Below, piece by piece: positions 49,275 to 58,062 of a stretch of 64,000 nucleotides of DNA. This DNA comes from an uncultured Candidatus Saccharibacteria bacterium (GTDB lineage: Bacteria > Patescibacteriota > Minisyncoccia > Phycocordibacterales > UBA2100), in contig CAYNRJ010000001.1 of the NCBI GenBank assembly GCA_964399865.1, forward strand, positions 2,315-66,314, read 5' to 3'. The position numbers and the translations under genes were made by a program. Each line of letters opens with the position of its first letter. The first letter of the stretch is position 1. The notes under the pieces are model-generated. The model saw only the letters and a list, made by a program, of their open reading frames with translations, did not search any database and was not told the origin of the DNA.

Positions 49275-49607
49275 ATGAAGAAAACACAGAAAAAAGCCGC
49301 TCCTGTTAACGGATTTAAATTCAGACCAGCCGGCGATCGCATACTTGTGAAGCCACAGGCAGTCGAAGATGAGAAATCTCCGTCCGGAATCATTATTCCT
49401 GACACCGCGCAGAAGGAAAAGCCAGAGCGAGGTGTGGTTGTTGCGGTAGGACCTGGAAAAGTCGGAGACGATAACGAAGTCGTTCCAGTTTCTATAAAAG
49501 TTGGAGACAAAGTTATGTTCTCAAAGTATGGGTACGACGAAGTAACGATCGATGATGTCGAGTATTACATCGTTTCCGAGTCCGGAATCCTCGGCACCTT
49601 CAAATAA
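49275..49607 (+). CDS. groES: Co-chaperonin GroES
   Basis: P.GDRILV, SGIIIPDTAQKEKP, VVAVGPG. Confidence 0.95.
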   Translation: MKKTQKKAAPVNGFKFRPAGDRILVKPQAVEDEKSPSGIIIPDTAQKEKPERGVVVAVGPGKVGDDNEVVPVSIKVGDKVMFSKYGYDEVTIDDVEYYIVSESGILGTFK

Positions 49608-49631
49608 TCATTATTCCTTAACGAAAATACT

Positions 49632-51281
49632 ATGGCAAAACAAGTAATCTTTGATCAAGACGTACGAAATGCACTGAAGCGCGGCATAGATATCGTCGCA
49701 GGCGCAGTGCGCGTGACGATCGGCCCTCGCGGAAGGAATGTTGCGATAGGAAAGTCATGGGGCGGGCCCACGATCACCAATGATGGTGTTTCAATTGCAA
49801 AAGAAATCACGCTCGCGGACAAATTTGAAGACATGGGCGCTTCCATTGTCAAGGAAGTTGCAACAAAGACGAATGACAAAGCAGGAGACGGCACCACAAC
49901 AGCGGTCGTCCTCACTCAGGCGATCATTCACGAGGGTTTGAAGCGCACAGCACTCGGTGCGAACGCGATGATGGTGCGTCGTGGTATCGAAGCAGCAGCA
50001 AAGGACGCCGTTGAAGAGCTGAAGAAAATGGCGAAGCCGATAAAGACAAAGGAGGAAAAGCGTCAGATCGCTACAATTTCTGCGGAATCATCTGAGCTCG
50101 GCATCACTATCGCTGACATCGTAGACAAGGTCGGCAAGGACGGCGTGGTGACTGTCGAAGAATCGCAGTCCATCGGTATTGAATCTGACTACGTCGAAGG
50201 AATGGAGTTCGACAAGGGGTATGTGTCTGCATATCTCATCACGAACGCAGAGCGAATGGAGGCAGAAATGAAAGATGCACCGATCCTCATCACTGACAAG
50301 AAGATTTCTACGATTAAAGATATTCTTCCGCTCCTCGAGAAGGTCGCGCAGTCTGGAAAGAAGGATCTCTGCATCATCGCAGATGATGTTGATGGAGAAG
50401 CTCTTGCAACTCTCATCGTCAACAAACTTCGTGGTGTATTTAATGTGCTCGCGATCAAAGCGCCAGGATACGGCGACCGCAAGAAAGAGATGCTCGCGGA
50501 TATCGCAGTCACTGTTGGGGCATCGGTTGTGTCCGAAGACCTTGGTGTGAAGCTTGAGAATACAGAACTTGCAATGCTCGGGAAGGCAAGTCGTGTCGTT
50601 GCTACAAAGGATTCGACTATTATCGTCGGAGGTAAGGGAAAGAAAGGAGATATCGACAAGCGCGTATCGCAGCTTAAGAAGCAACTCGAAAATACGGACT
50701 CGAAATTCGACAAAGAAAAATTGGAGGAGCGAGTTGCGAAGCTCTCGGGTGGCGTTGCAGTCATTCGTGTAGGAGCTGCGACTGAGACAGAGATGAAATA
50801 TTTGAAAGACAAGATCGAGGACGCGGTCAATGCAACGAAAGCCGCAATTTCCGAGGGTATCGTCGCTGGAGGTGGAACTGCGCTCGCAAAAGTCGCTGAC
50901 AAACTATCAAAGAAAGTAGATCCAAATGCTCACGACGAGCACACGATAGGCTACCGGATACTTGTATCCGCGCTCACCGCGCCATTTCTCCAGATTGTAA
51001 AGAATTCCGGTCGTGAAGATGGCGCAGTGCTCCTTCGCGATGTTGTCGCAAAGGGCGGCGCATGGGGATTTGATGCAGCTGCAGAAAGTGTCGAAGGAAA
51101 GATCGTCGACATGTATGAAGCTGGCATCATCGATCCGGTGAAAGTAACTCGTAGTGGTGTTGAAAATGCAGCATCTGCCGCTGCAGTACTTCTCACTACA
51201 GAAGCTGCCATCGCAGATATTCCAGAAGAGAAGAAGGCTCCAGTAGGAGGTGGTATGGGGATGGGAGGGGACATGGAGTAG
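49632..51281 (+). CDS. groEL: Chaperonin GroEL
   Basis: GPRGRNV, AGDGTTTA, C-terminal GGGMGMGG. Confidence 0.98.
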   Translation: MAKQVIFDQDVRNALKRGIDIVAGAVRVTIGPRGRNVAIGKSWGGPTITNDGVSIAKEITLADKFEDMGASIVKEVATKTNDKAGDGTTTAVVLTQAIIHEGLKRTALGANAMMVRRGIEAAAKDAVEELKKMAKPIKTKEEKRQIATISAESSELGITIADIVDKVGKDGVVTVEESQSIGIESDYVEGMEFDKGYVSAYLITNAERMEAEMKDAPILITDKKISTIKDILPLLEKVAQSGKKDLCIIADDVDGEALATLIVNKLRGVFNVLAIKAPGYGDRKKEMLADIAVTVGASVVSEDLGVKLENTELAMLGKASRVVATKDSTIIVGGKGKKGDIDKRVSQLKKQLENTDSKFDKEKLEERVAKLSGGVAVIRVGAATETEMKYLKDKIEDAVNATKAAISEGIVAGGGTALAKVADKLSKKVDPNAHDEHTIGYRILVSALTAPFLQIVKNSGREDGAVLLRDVVAKGGAWGFDAAAESVEGKIVDMYEAGIIDPVKVTRSGVENAASAAAVLLTTEAAIADIPEEKKAPVGGGMGMGGDME

Positions 51282-51294
51282 AGGGCCACTCGGC

Positions 51295-51393
51295 TTGCGA
51301 TCAGCATTTCTGCGGTCGCTGTCTGCCGCTGGTGCGGCAGCGCTGCCTCTCGGCCCGCCGGCCTGCGAGACACCGCATAAACGCTGATCGCAA
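51295..51393. repeat. Branched palindromic element, copy D
   Basis: ttgcgatcagc.ttt.tgcggt / accgca.aaa.gctgatcgcaa enclosing ctgccgc-tggt-gcggcag and ggcc-cgcc-ggcc. Confidence 0.75.
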
Positions 51394-51474
51394 CCCTCGC
51401 TTTAGGTTGAAAAAATTACATCGTCGTGCCTGCGCAGACCCTCGAAAAACAATTACTCCCTCGCTAGAAGTTTT

Positions 51475-51515
51475 AAAAAGTTGAAGCTCCGGCCGCAGCG
51501 TGCGCCCGGAGCTTC
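51475..51515 (-). terminator. Intrinsic terminator of orphan gene
   Basis: gaagctccgg...ccggagcttc with an A-tract on the left. Confidence 0.65.
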
Positions 51516-51533
51516 GAGTCGCGAAGAGTGTTC

Positions 51534-51851
51534 TCACGACAGGTGACCTGCTTCATCGGCGATGACTCTTCTGGCCATGTCTTCACAGCCCATGTCGAAT
51601 AAGCCGAGATCGTCTGCGTCATAGCGCGAAAGGTACTCTGCCGCTTCAGCGAGCCATTCGAGTGGCGATATCCCGTCCTTTTCGCCGACAGGGATCATTC
51701 GATCTCCACTTTCTGTGCGGAAGACGTACAGGATTTGAATGAGAGGCCTACCCCGCTCCTCCTTGGTAACGAGTGCATCTAATAGTCGGACCGCACCCAC
51801 GCAGCCCGCATCGCTGAACAGTTTTCTTGCCCGCTCTACTTCTGGAGCCAT
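51534..51851 (-). CDS. Orphan hypothetical protein
   Basis: 105 aa; SD GGGAG; TTGCCT-17-TACTGT promoter-like motif. Confidence 0.65.
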   Translation of the reverse strand: MAPEVERARKLFSDAGCVGAVRLLDALVTKEERGRPLIQILYVFRTESGDRMIPVGEKDGISPLEWLAEAAEYLSRYDADDLGLFDMGCEDMARRVIADEAGHLS

Positions 51852-51945
51852 CCGTTTCTCCCGTCGTAACCTTCTCGCAAGAAGGACACTATTTTTACAG
51901 TACTACCTTCATTAAGTAGAGGCAAATATGCTATAATTTCTTTAT

Positions 51946-52506
51946 ATGACAATCATCTATATTCTATTAGGAGTCTTTGTAGTAGTCGCCCTGTGGGTCA
52001 TCTGGGCCTACAACCGATTCGTTTCGCTTACCAACCGTACTGAGGAAGGATGGTCGGATATTGAGGTGCAAATGAAGCGTAGATACGACCTTATTCCGAA
52101 CCTCGTCAACACAGTTAAGGGATACGCTTCTCACGAAGCAGGAACCCTGCAGAAGGTGACAGAGGCTCGTACACAGGCAATGGGAGCACAGACTGTTGCG
52201 CAGCACGCACAGGCAGAAAATATGCTTACTGATGCTCTCAAATCTCTCTTCGCCGTTTCGGAGGCATATCCGGATCTCAAAGCGAATACGAATTTCGTCG
52301 AACTTCAGCGCGAGCTTTCTGACACTGAAAATAAAATTCAGGCAGCACGACGTTTCTACAACTCTGTTGTTATTGAACTTCAGAACGCTCTCGAGCAATT
52401 TCCAACGAACATCGTTGCGGGGATCTTCAAATTCAAGACTCGTGAATTCTTTGAACTCGCAGGAGATGAGCAGGCAGCTCGCCAGCCTGTGAAAGTTAGC
52501 TTCTAG
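51946..52506 (+). CDS. lemA: LemA family protein
   Basis: YNR...WSDIEVQMKRRYDLIPNLV, EAYPDLKAN, ARRFYN. Confidence 0.95.
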   Translation: MTIIYILLGVFVVVALWVIWAYNRFVSLTNRTEEGWSDIEVQMKRRYDLIPNLVNTVKGYASHEAGTLQKVTEARTQAMGAQTVAQHAQAENMLTDALKSLFAVSEAYPDLKANTNFVELQRELSDTENKIQAARRFYNSVVIELQNALEQFPTNIVAGIFKFKTREFFELAGDEQAARQPVKVSF

Positions 52507-52511
52507 TCAGA

Positions 52512-53402
52512 ATGGCGTCTCTCTATACACATCAATCCGCAAATATTAGAAAGACCTGGATGCTCATGGGTGGCTTTCTGATTTTGATTATCGGGATCGG
52601 TTGGCTTATCTCACAGATATACGGTAACTCATACATTCTCTACGGAGCTGTCGCATTCTCTCTCTTTATGAATGTGACGGCGTACTGGTTTTCTGACAAG
52701 ATCGCTCTCGCTTCGACAGGAGCGAAACAGGCGGACGAAGCTCAGTATCGTGAGCTGCATCGCATTCTTGAAAACCTTGCCATCACTGCGGGGCTCCCTA
52801 AGCCACGACTTTATGTGGTGAATGATCCAGCACCGAACGCATTTGCAACGGGCAGAAATCCGAAGCATGCGGTTGTCGCAGTAACCACAGGACTACTCGA
52901 GCGACTCGACAGAAGTGAACTTGAGGGCGTTATCGCCCACGAACTTTCTCACATCGGAAATCGCGATATTCTCGTGATGACCGTCGCAGTCGTTCTTGCA
53001 GGAGTGGTGGCCATGATCGCAGATCTGTTTTTACGTATCAGTTTCTTCGGAGGAGGGGATAGAGACAATAAGAATCCGGTCCTCCTTATCGCAGGAATCG
53101 TTGCAATAATCGTTGCGCCGATTGCTGCGCAATTAATACAACTCGCAGTCTCTCGTCGTCGAGAATTCCTCGCAGACGCTTCTGGCGCTCTTCTTACGCG
53201 GTATCCGGATGGTCTTGCTTCCGCACTCCAAAAAATTTCCTCATACGGAGCGCCAATGAAGCGCGCGAATCACGCGACTGCACACCTATTCATATCGAAT
53301 CCGTTCGGTGCGCACGAAGCGGGCCGATTTATCGCAAAGATATTTGCAACGCATCCTCCGATGGAGGATCGCGTCGCAGCTCTCACGGGAATGCGTGTTT
53401 GA
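52512..53402 (+). CDS. htpX: M48 zinc metalloprotease HtpX
   Basis: PNAFATGRNP, AHELSH, SRRREFLAD, THPP. Confidence 0.95.
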   Translation: MASLYTHQSANIRKTWMLMGGFLILIIGIGWLISQIYGNSYILYGAVAFSLFMNVTAYWFSDKIALASTGAKQADEAQYRELHRILENLAITAGLPKPRLYVVNDPAPNAFATGRNPKHAVVAVTTGLLERLDRSELEGVIAHELSHIGNRDILVMTVAVVLAGVVAMIADLFLRISFFGGGDRDNKNPVLLIAGIVAIIVAPIAAQLIQLAVSRRREFLADASGALLTRYPDGLASALQKISSYGAPMKRANHATAHLFISNPFGAHEAGRFIAKIFATHPPMEDRVAALTGMRV

Positions 53403-53477
53403 CCACCGTATTGTTTCGTGTTTAAATAAGAACAAGTCACCAACCGGTGGCCTTTGCACATTTGGAGGGCGAAGAAA

Positions 53478-53723
53478 GTGGCACTCGATAGGAATGGGAA
53501 GGCGGAGAAGCAACTCAAGGTGGTCAACGATCCCGAGGGTCGCGCTGTGCCGGTCTACATACTGGTCAACGTCGCGGACCTCAAACGTGGTCAGTCGTTC
53601 CGGGTAACGACAACTTCGGTGACAACCGTGGAGGTCGTGCGCAAGAAGAGGCCGGCGAAAACGATCGCCTCAGTTCGGCCTGGTTCAAACACTAAAAGCT
53701 ACCGACCTAGGAAGAAGAAGTAG
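53478..53723 (+). CDS. Basic orphan small protein
   Basis: GTG start after GGAGG; TTGACC-17-TTAAAT upstream; K/R-rich C-terminus. Confidence 0.55.
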   Translation: MALDRNGKAEKQLKVVNDPEGRAVPVYILVNVADLKRGQSFRVTTTSVTTVEVVRKKRPAKTIASVRPGSNTKSYRPRKKK

Positions 53724-53736
53724 CTCCTTCGCGAAC

Positions 53737-53772
53737 GGGCGGCCCTCTCTGGAGGGCCGCCTGCGACTTTTT
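53737..53772 (+). terminator. Intrinsic terminator
   Basis: ggcggccctc-tctg-gagggccgcc followed by a T-tract. Confidence 0.7.
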
Positions 53773-53814
53773 ATGAGTATTCAGAAACCGAAATTTCTGT
53801 ATAATGCGCCGATC

Positions 53815-53899
53815 GGAGGGTTCGCATAGTGGTCTAGTGCACACGCTTGGAAAGCGTGCGTGCCGCAAGGCACCGAGAGTTCGAATCTCTCACCCTCCG
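53815..53899 (+). tRNA. tRNA-Ser (GGA), long variable arm, CCA not encoded
   Basis: Acceptor GGAGGGT/ACCCTCC; anticodon arm cacgc-ttGGAaa-gcgtg; variable arm gtgcc-gcaa-ggcac; T-loop GTTCGAATC; TATAAT upstream. Confidence 0.95.
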
Positions 53900-53970
53900 C
53901 TGAGATTTTTTTTAGCGCTCCTGCGCTTTAAGTGTTACGATTTCAATACCAACGAAAGGAGGTGAGTTCT

Positions 53971-54213
53971 TTGCATCTCAAGGTAAACCTCTTCCTTACG
54001 GGGGATGGGTTTGTCGAAGAGGCGGCTAGGCTCGACGAATTACTTCTATCGCTTGGTCGAGTAAGCCTCTTCAACCGAAGTCCAGGGATCGCTCAATTCG
54101 AGCTAGATACTGAAAACGGTATCGACTCGATCCGACGTGCGATCACCGGCCATCGGTTCGATGGATCCGTAACGTGTGAGGAAGTACATGAAGAAGAAAT
54201 GGAACCGGCGTAA
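53971..54213 (+). CDS. Orphan small protein, possibly ACT/ferredoxin-like fold
   Basis: TTG start after a perfect SD (AAAGGAGGTGA); beta-alpha-beta-beta-alpha-beta-like pattern; long hairpin downstream at 54226-54275. Confidence 0.55.
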   Translation: MHLKVNLFLTGDGFVEEAARLDELLLSLGRVSLFNRSPGIAQFELDTENGIDSIRRAITGHRFDGSVTCEEVHEEEMEPA

Positions 54214-54350
54214 GTCGGCATTTCAGGGGCTCGGAAACGACGCATGGTGCACATACATGCGCACGTCCGAGCCCTCCAACTTATACTGTTTGCACACTCT
54301 CTCCTTCGCGCGGCTATCTTGTTTCGCTACATGATATGCTCATAGTATCT

Positions 54351-54758
54351 ATGACATCATTTCTTTTTGCCTACCCTTTTTTGGTTCTTACAATAGTCGC
54401 ACTCGATCTCTTGTGGCTTGGAGTTGTGATGAAGGATTTTTATCGAGCTAATCTCGGGCACTTGATGGGAGACAGCGTTGTGTGGGGCGCAGCAATTGCT
54501 TTTTATTTTCTATTTGCCGCAGGTCTATTGTATTTTGCTGTCATGCCTGCAGTCGAAACAGCGTCTCTTGTTCGAGCGATTTCGCTCGGCGCTCTCATAG
54601 GTTTCCTATCATACGCAACGTATGACCTCACTAACCATGCAACACTCCGTGATTGGCCGCTCATCGTAACTATCGTTGATATTGCATGGGGAGCAGTCCT
54701 GTCTGCCACGGCGGCAGGAGTAGGGTTTCTGGCAGTGAAGATACTTGGGTCTTTTTGA
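54351..54758 (+). CDS. DUF2177 family membrane protein
   Basis: LDLLWLG...FY..., YATYDLTN.ATL.DWP...VD.AWG. Confidence 0.88.
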   Translation: MTSFLFAYPFLVLTIVALDLLWLGVVMKDFYRANLGHLMGDSVVWGAAIAFYFLFAAGLLYFAVMPAVETASLVRAISLGALIGFLSYATYDLTNHATLRDWPLIVTIVDIAWGAVLSATAAGVGFLAVKILGSF

Positions 54759-54825
54759 CCTCTCGTATCTGGCCTGATGGATACGGAGGTATATACTCTA
54801 GGGACTTATAAGTAATTTTTTATAT

Positions 54826-55248
54826 ATGGATATTGCAATAAATTATTGGGCAGTAATCGCGTGTGGTGTATCAGCGATGGTGCTGGGATTCCTCTGGTAC
54901 GGACCAATATTCGGTAAGCAGTGGAAAGCCCTCATGGGGTATACCGATGAATCCATGAAGGCTATGAAGATGAAGCCGAATACCGCGTATGCCCTTATGG
55001 CTGTCGCTGCGCTTATTGAGGCATATGTGCTTGCTCACATGCTCGGAATTTCTGAGAAAGCCTGGGGAATGATGGATCTTTCTCTTGCGCTTCAGGGAGG
55101 ATTCTGGCTGTGGCTAGGTTTTGTTGCAACGACACAGATTGGTGCAGTGCTCTGGGAAAATAAGTCTTGGAAACTATTCTTTCTTAACGCTGCGTACTCG
55201 CTTATTTCTGTTGAGATAATGGCGACAATTCTTGCGCTTTGGAAATAA
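54826..55248 (+). CDS. DUF1761 family membrane protein
   Basis: INYWAV...LGFLWYGPIFGK.W, WLGF, WE.KSWKLF.LN..Y. Confidence 0.88.
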   Translation: MDIAINYWAVIACGVSAMVLGFLWYGPIFGKQWKALMGYTDESMKAMKMKPNTAYALMAVAALIEAYVLAHMLGISEKAWGMMDLSLALQGGFWLWLGFVATTQIGAVLWENKSWKLFFLNAAYSLISVEIMATILALWK

Positions 55249-55269
55249 AAACTCGAAGTAGGAAAGTAT

Positions 55270-55333
55270 AAAAAGAAGTGGAGGTCGCCGTTGGGCGACC
55301 TCCGTTGTTTGGGATGGCGCGGTTGCGCCATCC
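55270..55333 (-). terminator. Tandem GC hairpins / terminator of orphan gene
   Basis: ggaggtcgcc-gttg-ggcgacctcc and ggatggcgc-ggtt-gcgccatcc, with an A-tract on the left. Confidence 0.7.
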
Positions 55334-55364
55334 GCTTGTGCGAACGGGAGCTCCAGACGCGTAG

Positions 55365-55835
55365 CTAGCCGGCCGCGAGGCCGAGGCCACGGGCGCCGCC
55401 GGCACTGCCGCTGTCGCCGAAGGCGAGACGCGCCGACGCATGTGGCGCACTCCGGAGGCCGTCGGCGATGCCGCCGAAGAGCGCGTAGAACGGAGCGACG
55501 AGACCCGCCATGGCGACGATCGCGTAGTCGACCAGCGTCGGATCGAGACGGACGCCCTGGAGCCAGTCATTGACGGCCATGGCGACGTTGTCGGCGAGGT
55601 CGAGCGTGTAGCCGCTGATGGCGAGCGCGAGCATCGCAAACGGATCGGTGCCGCCGGTGTCGTTCAGGGCCGGCATCTCGAGCACGTTCTCGGTGTAGTA
55701 GACCTGGCCGGTGTCGTTGCCGAAGATCATCGGCGACGGTTCGTTCGGAGCCGTGATCGTCACTGCCGACAGGGCGGTCGAACCGGCGAGTACCACAGCC
55801 AGACCTGCGAGGCCCAGCGTTCGTGCGAGTTTCAT
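55365..55835 (-). CDS. Very GC-rich orphan exported/membrane protein
   Basis: Signal peptide MKLARTLGLAGLAVVLAGSTALSA; SD GAGGA; TTGACG(55967-72)-17-TACGGT(55944-49). Confidence 0.7.
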   Translation of the reverse strand: MKLARTLGLAGLAVVLAGSTALSAVTITAPNEPSPMIFGNDTGQVYYTENVLEMPALNDTGGTDPFAMLALAISGYTLDLADNVAMAVNDWLQGVRLDPTLVDYAIVAMAGLVAPFYALFGGIADGLRSAPHASARLAFGDSGSAGGARGLGLAAG

Positions 55836-56064
55836 CGTAGTCCTCGTTCAAGTTAGACCCTCGACGACCGATTATCGGTCGTAGTAGGGCAGCTCACGTC
55901 CCTCCGTCCGCATGTTTCCATGAGGTGAGCGGCGTGTATCTCAACCGTACTGCTGAGGCCATAATGCGTCAAGAAGAGGTTGGGAGTAGCTACGCGGGTG
56001 CTTTTTGTAGTTGACTTCGGGAATTTATTTGATAAGATGCTTACCTATTTAGTATCTTACATAT

Positions 56065-56499
56065 ATGAAAGATCGCGAACAGAAGGTGGCCGAGCTCATG
56101 GAAGATTTTCATTCCTTGAAGCATTCCATGGCGTTTCAGCCACCCCGAAATACCTCTGTGCCTCATATCACCCCCTCTCAGTGGAGCGCGCTTATGGTCG
56201 TAGGTACTCATATTGGCAGTACGGTAAAAGATGTTGCCGCCTCTTTGTGCATCACAAGCAGTGCTGCCACTCAGCTAGTGGACGGATTGGTAAAAAGCGG
56301 ATATGTTTTGCGCCAGCCAAGCAAGAAAGACCGCCGAACAGTGCAACTCATCCTTCCAAAGAAGACTTCTGTACAAATGGAGAAAATGAAGAGGCAATTT
56401 TTACGCAAATTTGTCGACCTGTTCGACGTACTAGACGACGAGGAGTTTGATCTATACCTGAAACTTAATAAAAAAATTACTCACAAATTTAAGAAATAA
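56065..56499 (+). CDS. MarR family regulator
   Basis: ITPSQW, ITSSAATQLVDGLV..GYV.R, DRR. Confidence 0.9.
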   Translation: MKDREQKVAELMEDFHSLKHSMAFQPPRNTSVPHITPSQWSALMVVGTHIGSTVKDVAASLCITSSAATQLVDGLVKSGYVLRQPSKKDRRTVQLILPKKTSVQMEKMKRQFLRKFVDLFDVLDDEEFDLYLKLNKKITHKFKK

Positions 56500-56500
56500 T

Positions 56501-58057
56501 ATGAATATACTTCGCAAAATCGTTCAGTTCATAAAGAACCTTCAACTCTGGGCAAAGATTGTGGGAGGAATACTCCTTGCGGTTGTTCTCATCTTGATTG
56601 TGAGCGCCATAACAAAATCTGGCGATGCTACAGATACGCCCCTAAACGTTGCCCATGTGCAAGTCTCAACAGTCGCGAGCTTGTCTGACGAAGCAGGTCC
56701 ACTTCCTGTTACTGGCAAAGTGACCTCTGTAAATAAGGCAAGTATTCTTGCGGTCTCTTCTGGTGAGATCGTAAGTCTCAGACGCTCCCTCGGCGATCGT
56801 GTTGCAGCTGGCGAAGTGATCGCAAGTTTTGAGAATAGTAGCCAGCGAGCTGCCGTGCTCCAAGCCCAGGGTGCATATGAAGGTGCTCTTGCCGCTCTCG
56901 CTAAAGCAAAGGGAAGTCAGAGCGGATCAAATGCTACCGTGTCGGCAAACGCAGCGCTAAAGAGTGCATACGCTACGCTAGACGATGCAGTGCATACGAA
57001 AGCAGATACGCTTTTCACTAACCCTCGCACAAGCATTGCTGACCTCATCCTACTTGTGCCTGATGATCAGCTCGTACGACGTATTGAAAGTCAGAGAGTT
57101 CAGCTCGAACCTCAGCTTCAGAGCGTAAGTACGTTTGGCTCCGATCCATCGAACGCCAATATCGACTCAAACATTACAACTATGACAGACCGTGCCAGAG
57201 TAGTTGAGGCACTTCTCAGTGATCTAGTTTCAGCTCTCACAAAGGCTATTCCGACAACGGACGTGACGTCAACCGAAATTGCGACTTATCAAGCATCAAT
57301 CGGAGCTGCTCGGAGCGCTGTTATAGGAGTCATGTCGTCTTTGTCGGCTGCAAAGAGCGCCTACAACAGTACCGTCTCAGGAACATCATCAAACATAGAG
57401 ACAGCAAATGATATCGCAAGTGCTGAAGCAAATGTAAAAACTGCTCTTGGCGGGTTGAATGCGGCTAACTCAAATCTTGAAAAAACAATAATTCGCGCAC
57501 CAATTTCGGGCACCATCGTAAGTCTCCCGATCACGCGAGGTGGGTACGTGTCTGCATTTACGCAGGTTGCTCAAATATCAAACCCGAGCGCGCTTGAGAT
57601 CGAGGCATACGTGACTTCAGCCGACGCTAAGACGCTCGCAGTCGGCGGTAAAGTTCTGATCGAAGGAGGAGCAAACGGCGTGATCGTGTTTATCGCACCA
57701 GCAATCGATCCATCGACAGGTAAGATCCAAGTGAAGATCGGAATTCCAGGGAGTCAAAGCACTCTCACAGATGGTGATACTGTGACTCTTACGCTTAGTC
57801 GCGCCACCGCAAACAATGCAAAAACTACGGTACAGAAATCGATCAGCATTCCTCTAGCCGCTACAAAAATTACACCGAACGGACCAATAGTGTTTACGGT
57901 GAGTTCGAGCACGCTTGTTTCAAAGCAAATAAAACTAGGCGCGATTCTAGGCGGGAAGGTGACTGTGACCGAAGGTCTTACTCTCGATATGGAGATCGTG
58001 ACTGATGCCAGAGGACTTTCCGATGGGCAAAATGTGATCGTCGATCAAACAGAGTAA
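56501..58057 (+). CDS. RND membrane-fusion (adaptor) protein
   Basis: N-terminal TM; SGEI...GDRV.AGEVI; long coiled coil; IIRAPISGTI. Confidence 0.88.
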   Translation: MNILRKIVQFIKNLQLWAKIVGGILLAVVLILIVSAITKSGDATDTPLNVAHVQVSTVASLSDEAGPLPVTGKVTSVNKASILAVSSGEIVSLRRSLGDRVAAGEVIASFENSSQRAAVLQAQGAYEGALAALAKAKGSQSGSNATVSANAALKSAYATLDDAVHTKADTLFTNPRTSIADLILLVPDDQLVRRIESQRVQLEPQLQSVSTFGSDPSNANIDSNITTMTDRARVVEALLSDLVSALTKAIPTTDVTSTEIATYQASIGAARSAVIGVMSSLSAAKSAYNSTVSGTSSNIETANDIASAEANVKTALGGLNAANSNLEKTIIRAPISGTIVSLPITRGGYVSAFTQVAQISNPSALEIEAYVTSADAKTLAVGGKVLIEGGANGVIVFIAPAIDPSTGKIQVKIGIPGSQSTLTDGDTVTLTLSRATANNAKTTVQKSISIPLAATKITPNGPIVFTVSSSTLVSKQIKLGAILGGKVTVTEGLTLDMEIVTDARGLSDGQNVIVDQTE

Positions 58058-58062
58058 ATCGT

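Noticed and set aside
49183-49275. CIRCE operator before groES
   Set aside because: No TTAGCACTC-N9-GAGTGCTAA; only a TTGACC-17-TATATT promoter-like motif.
50088-50902. Long antisense ORFs over groEL, and similar ones over other genes
   Set aside because: Codon-bias shadows of confidently identified genes.
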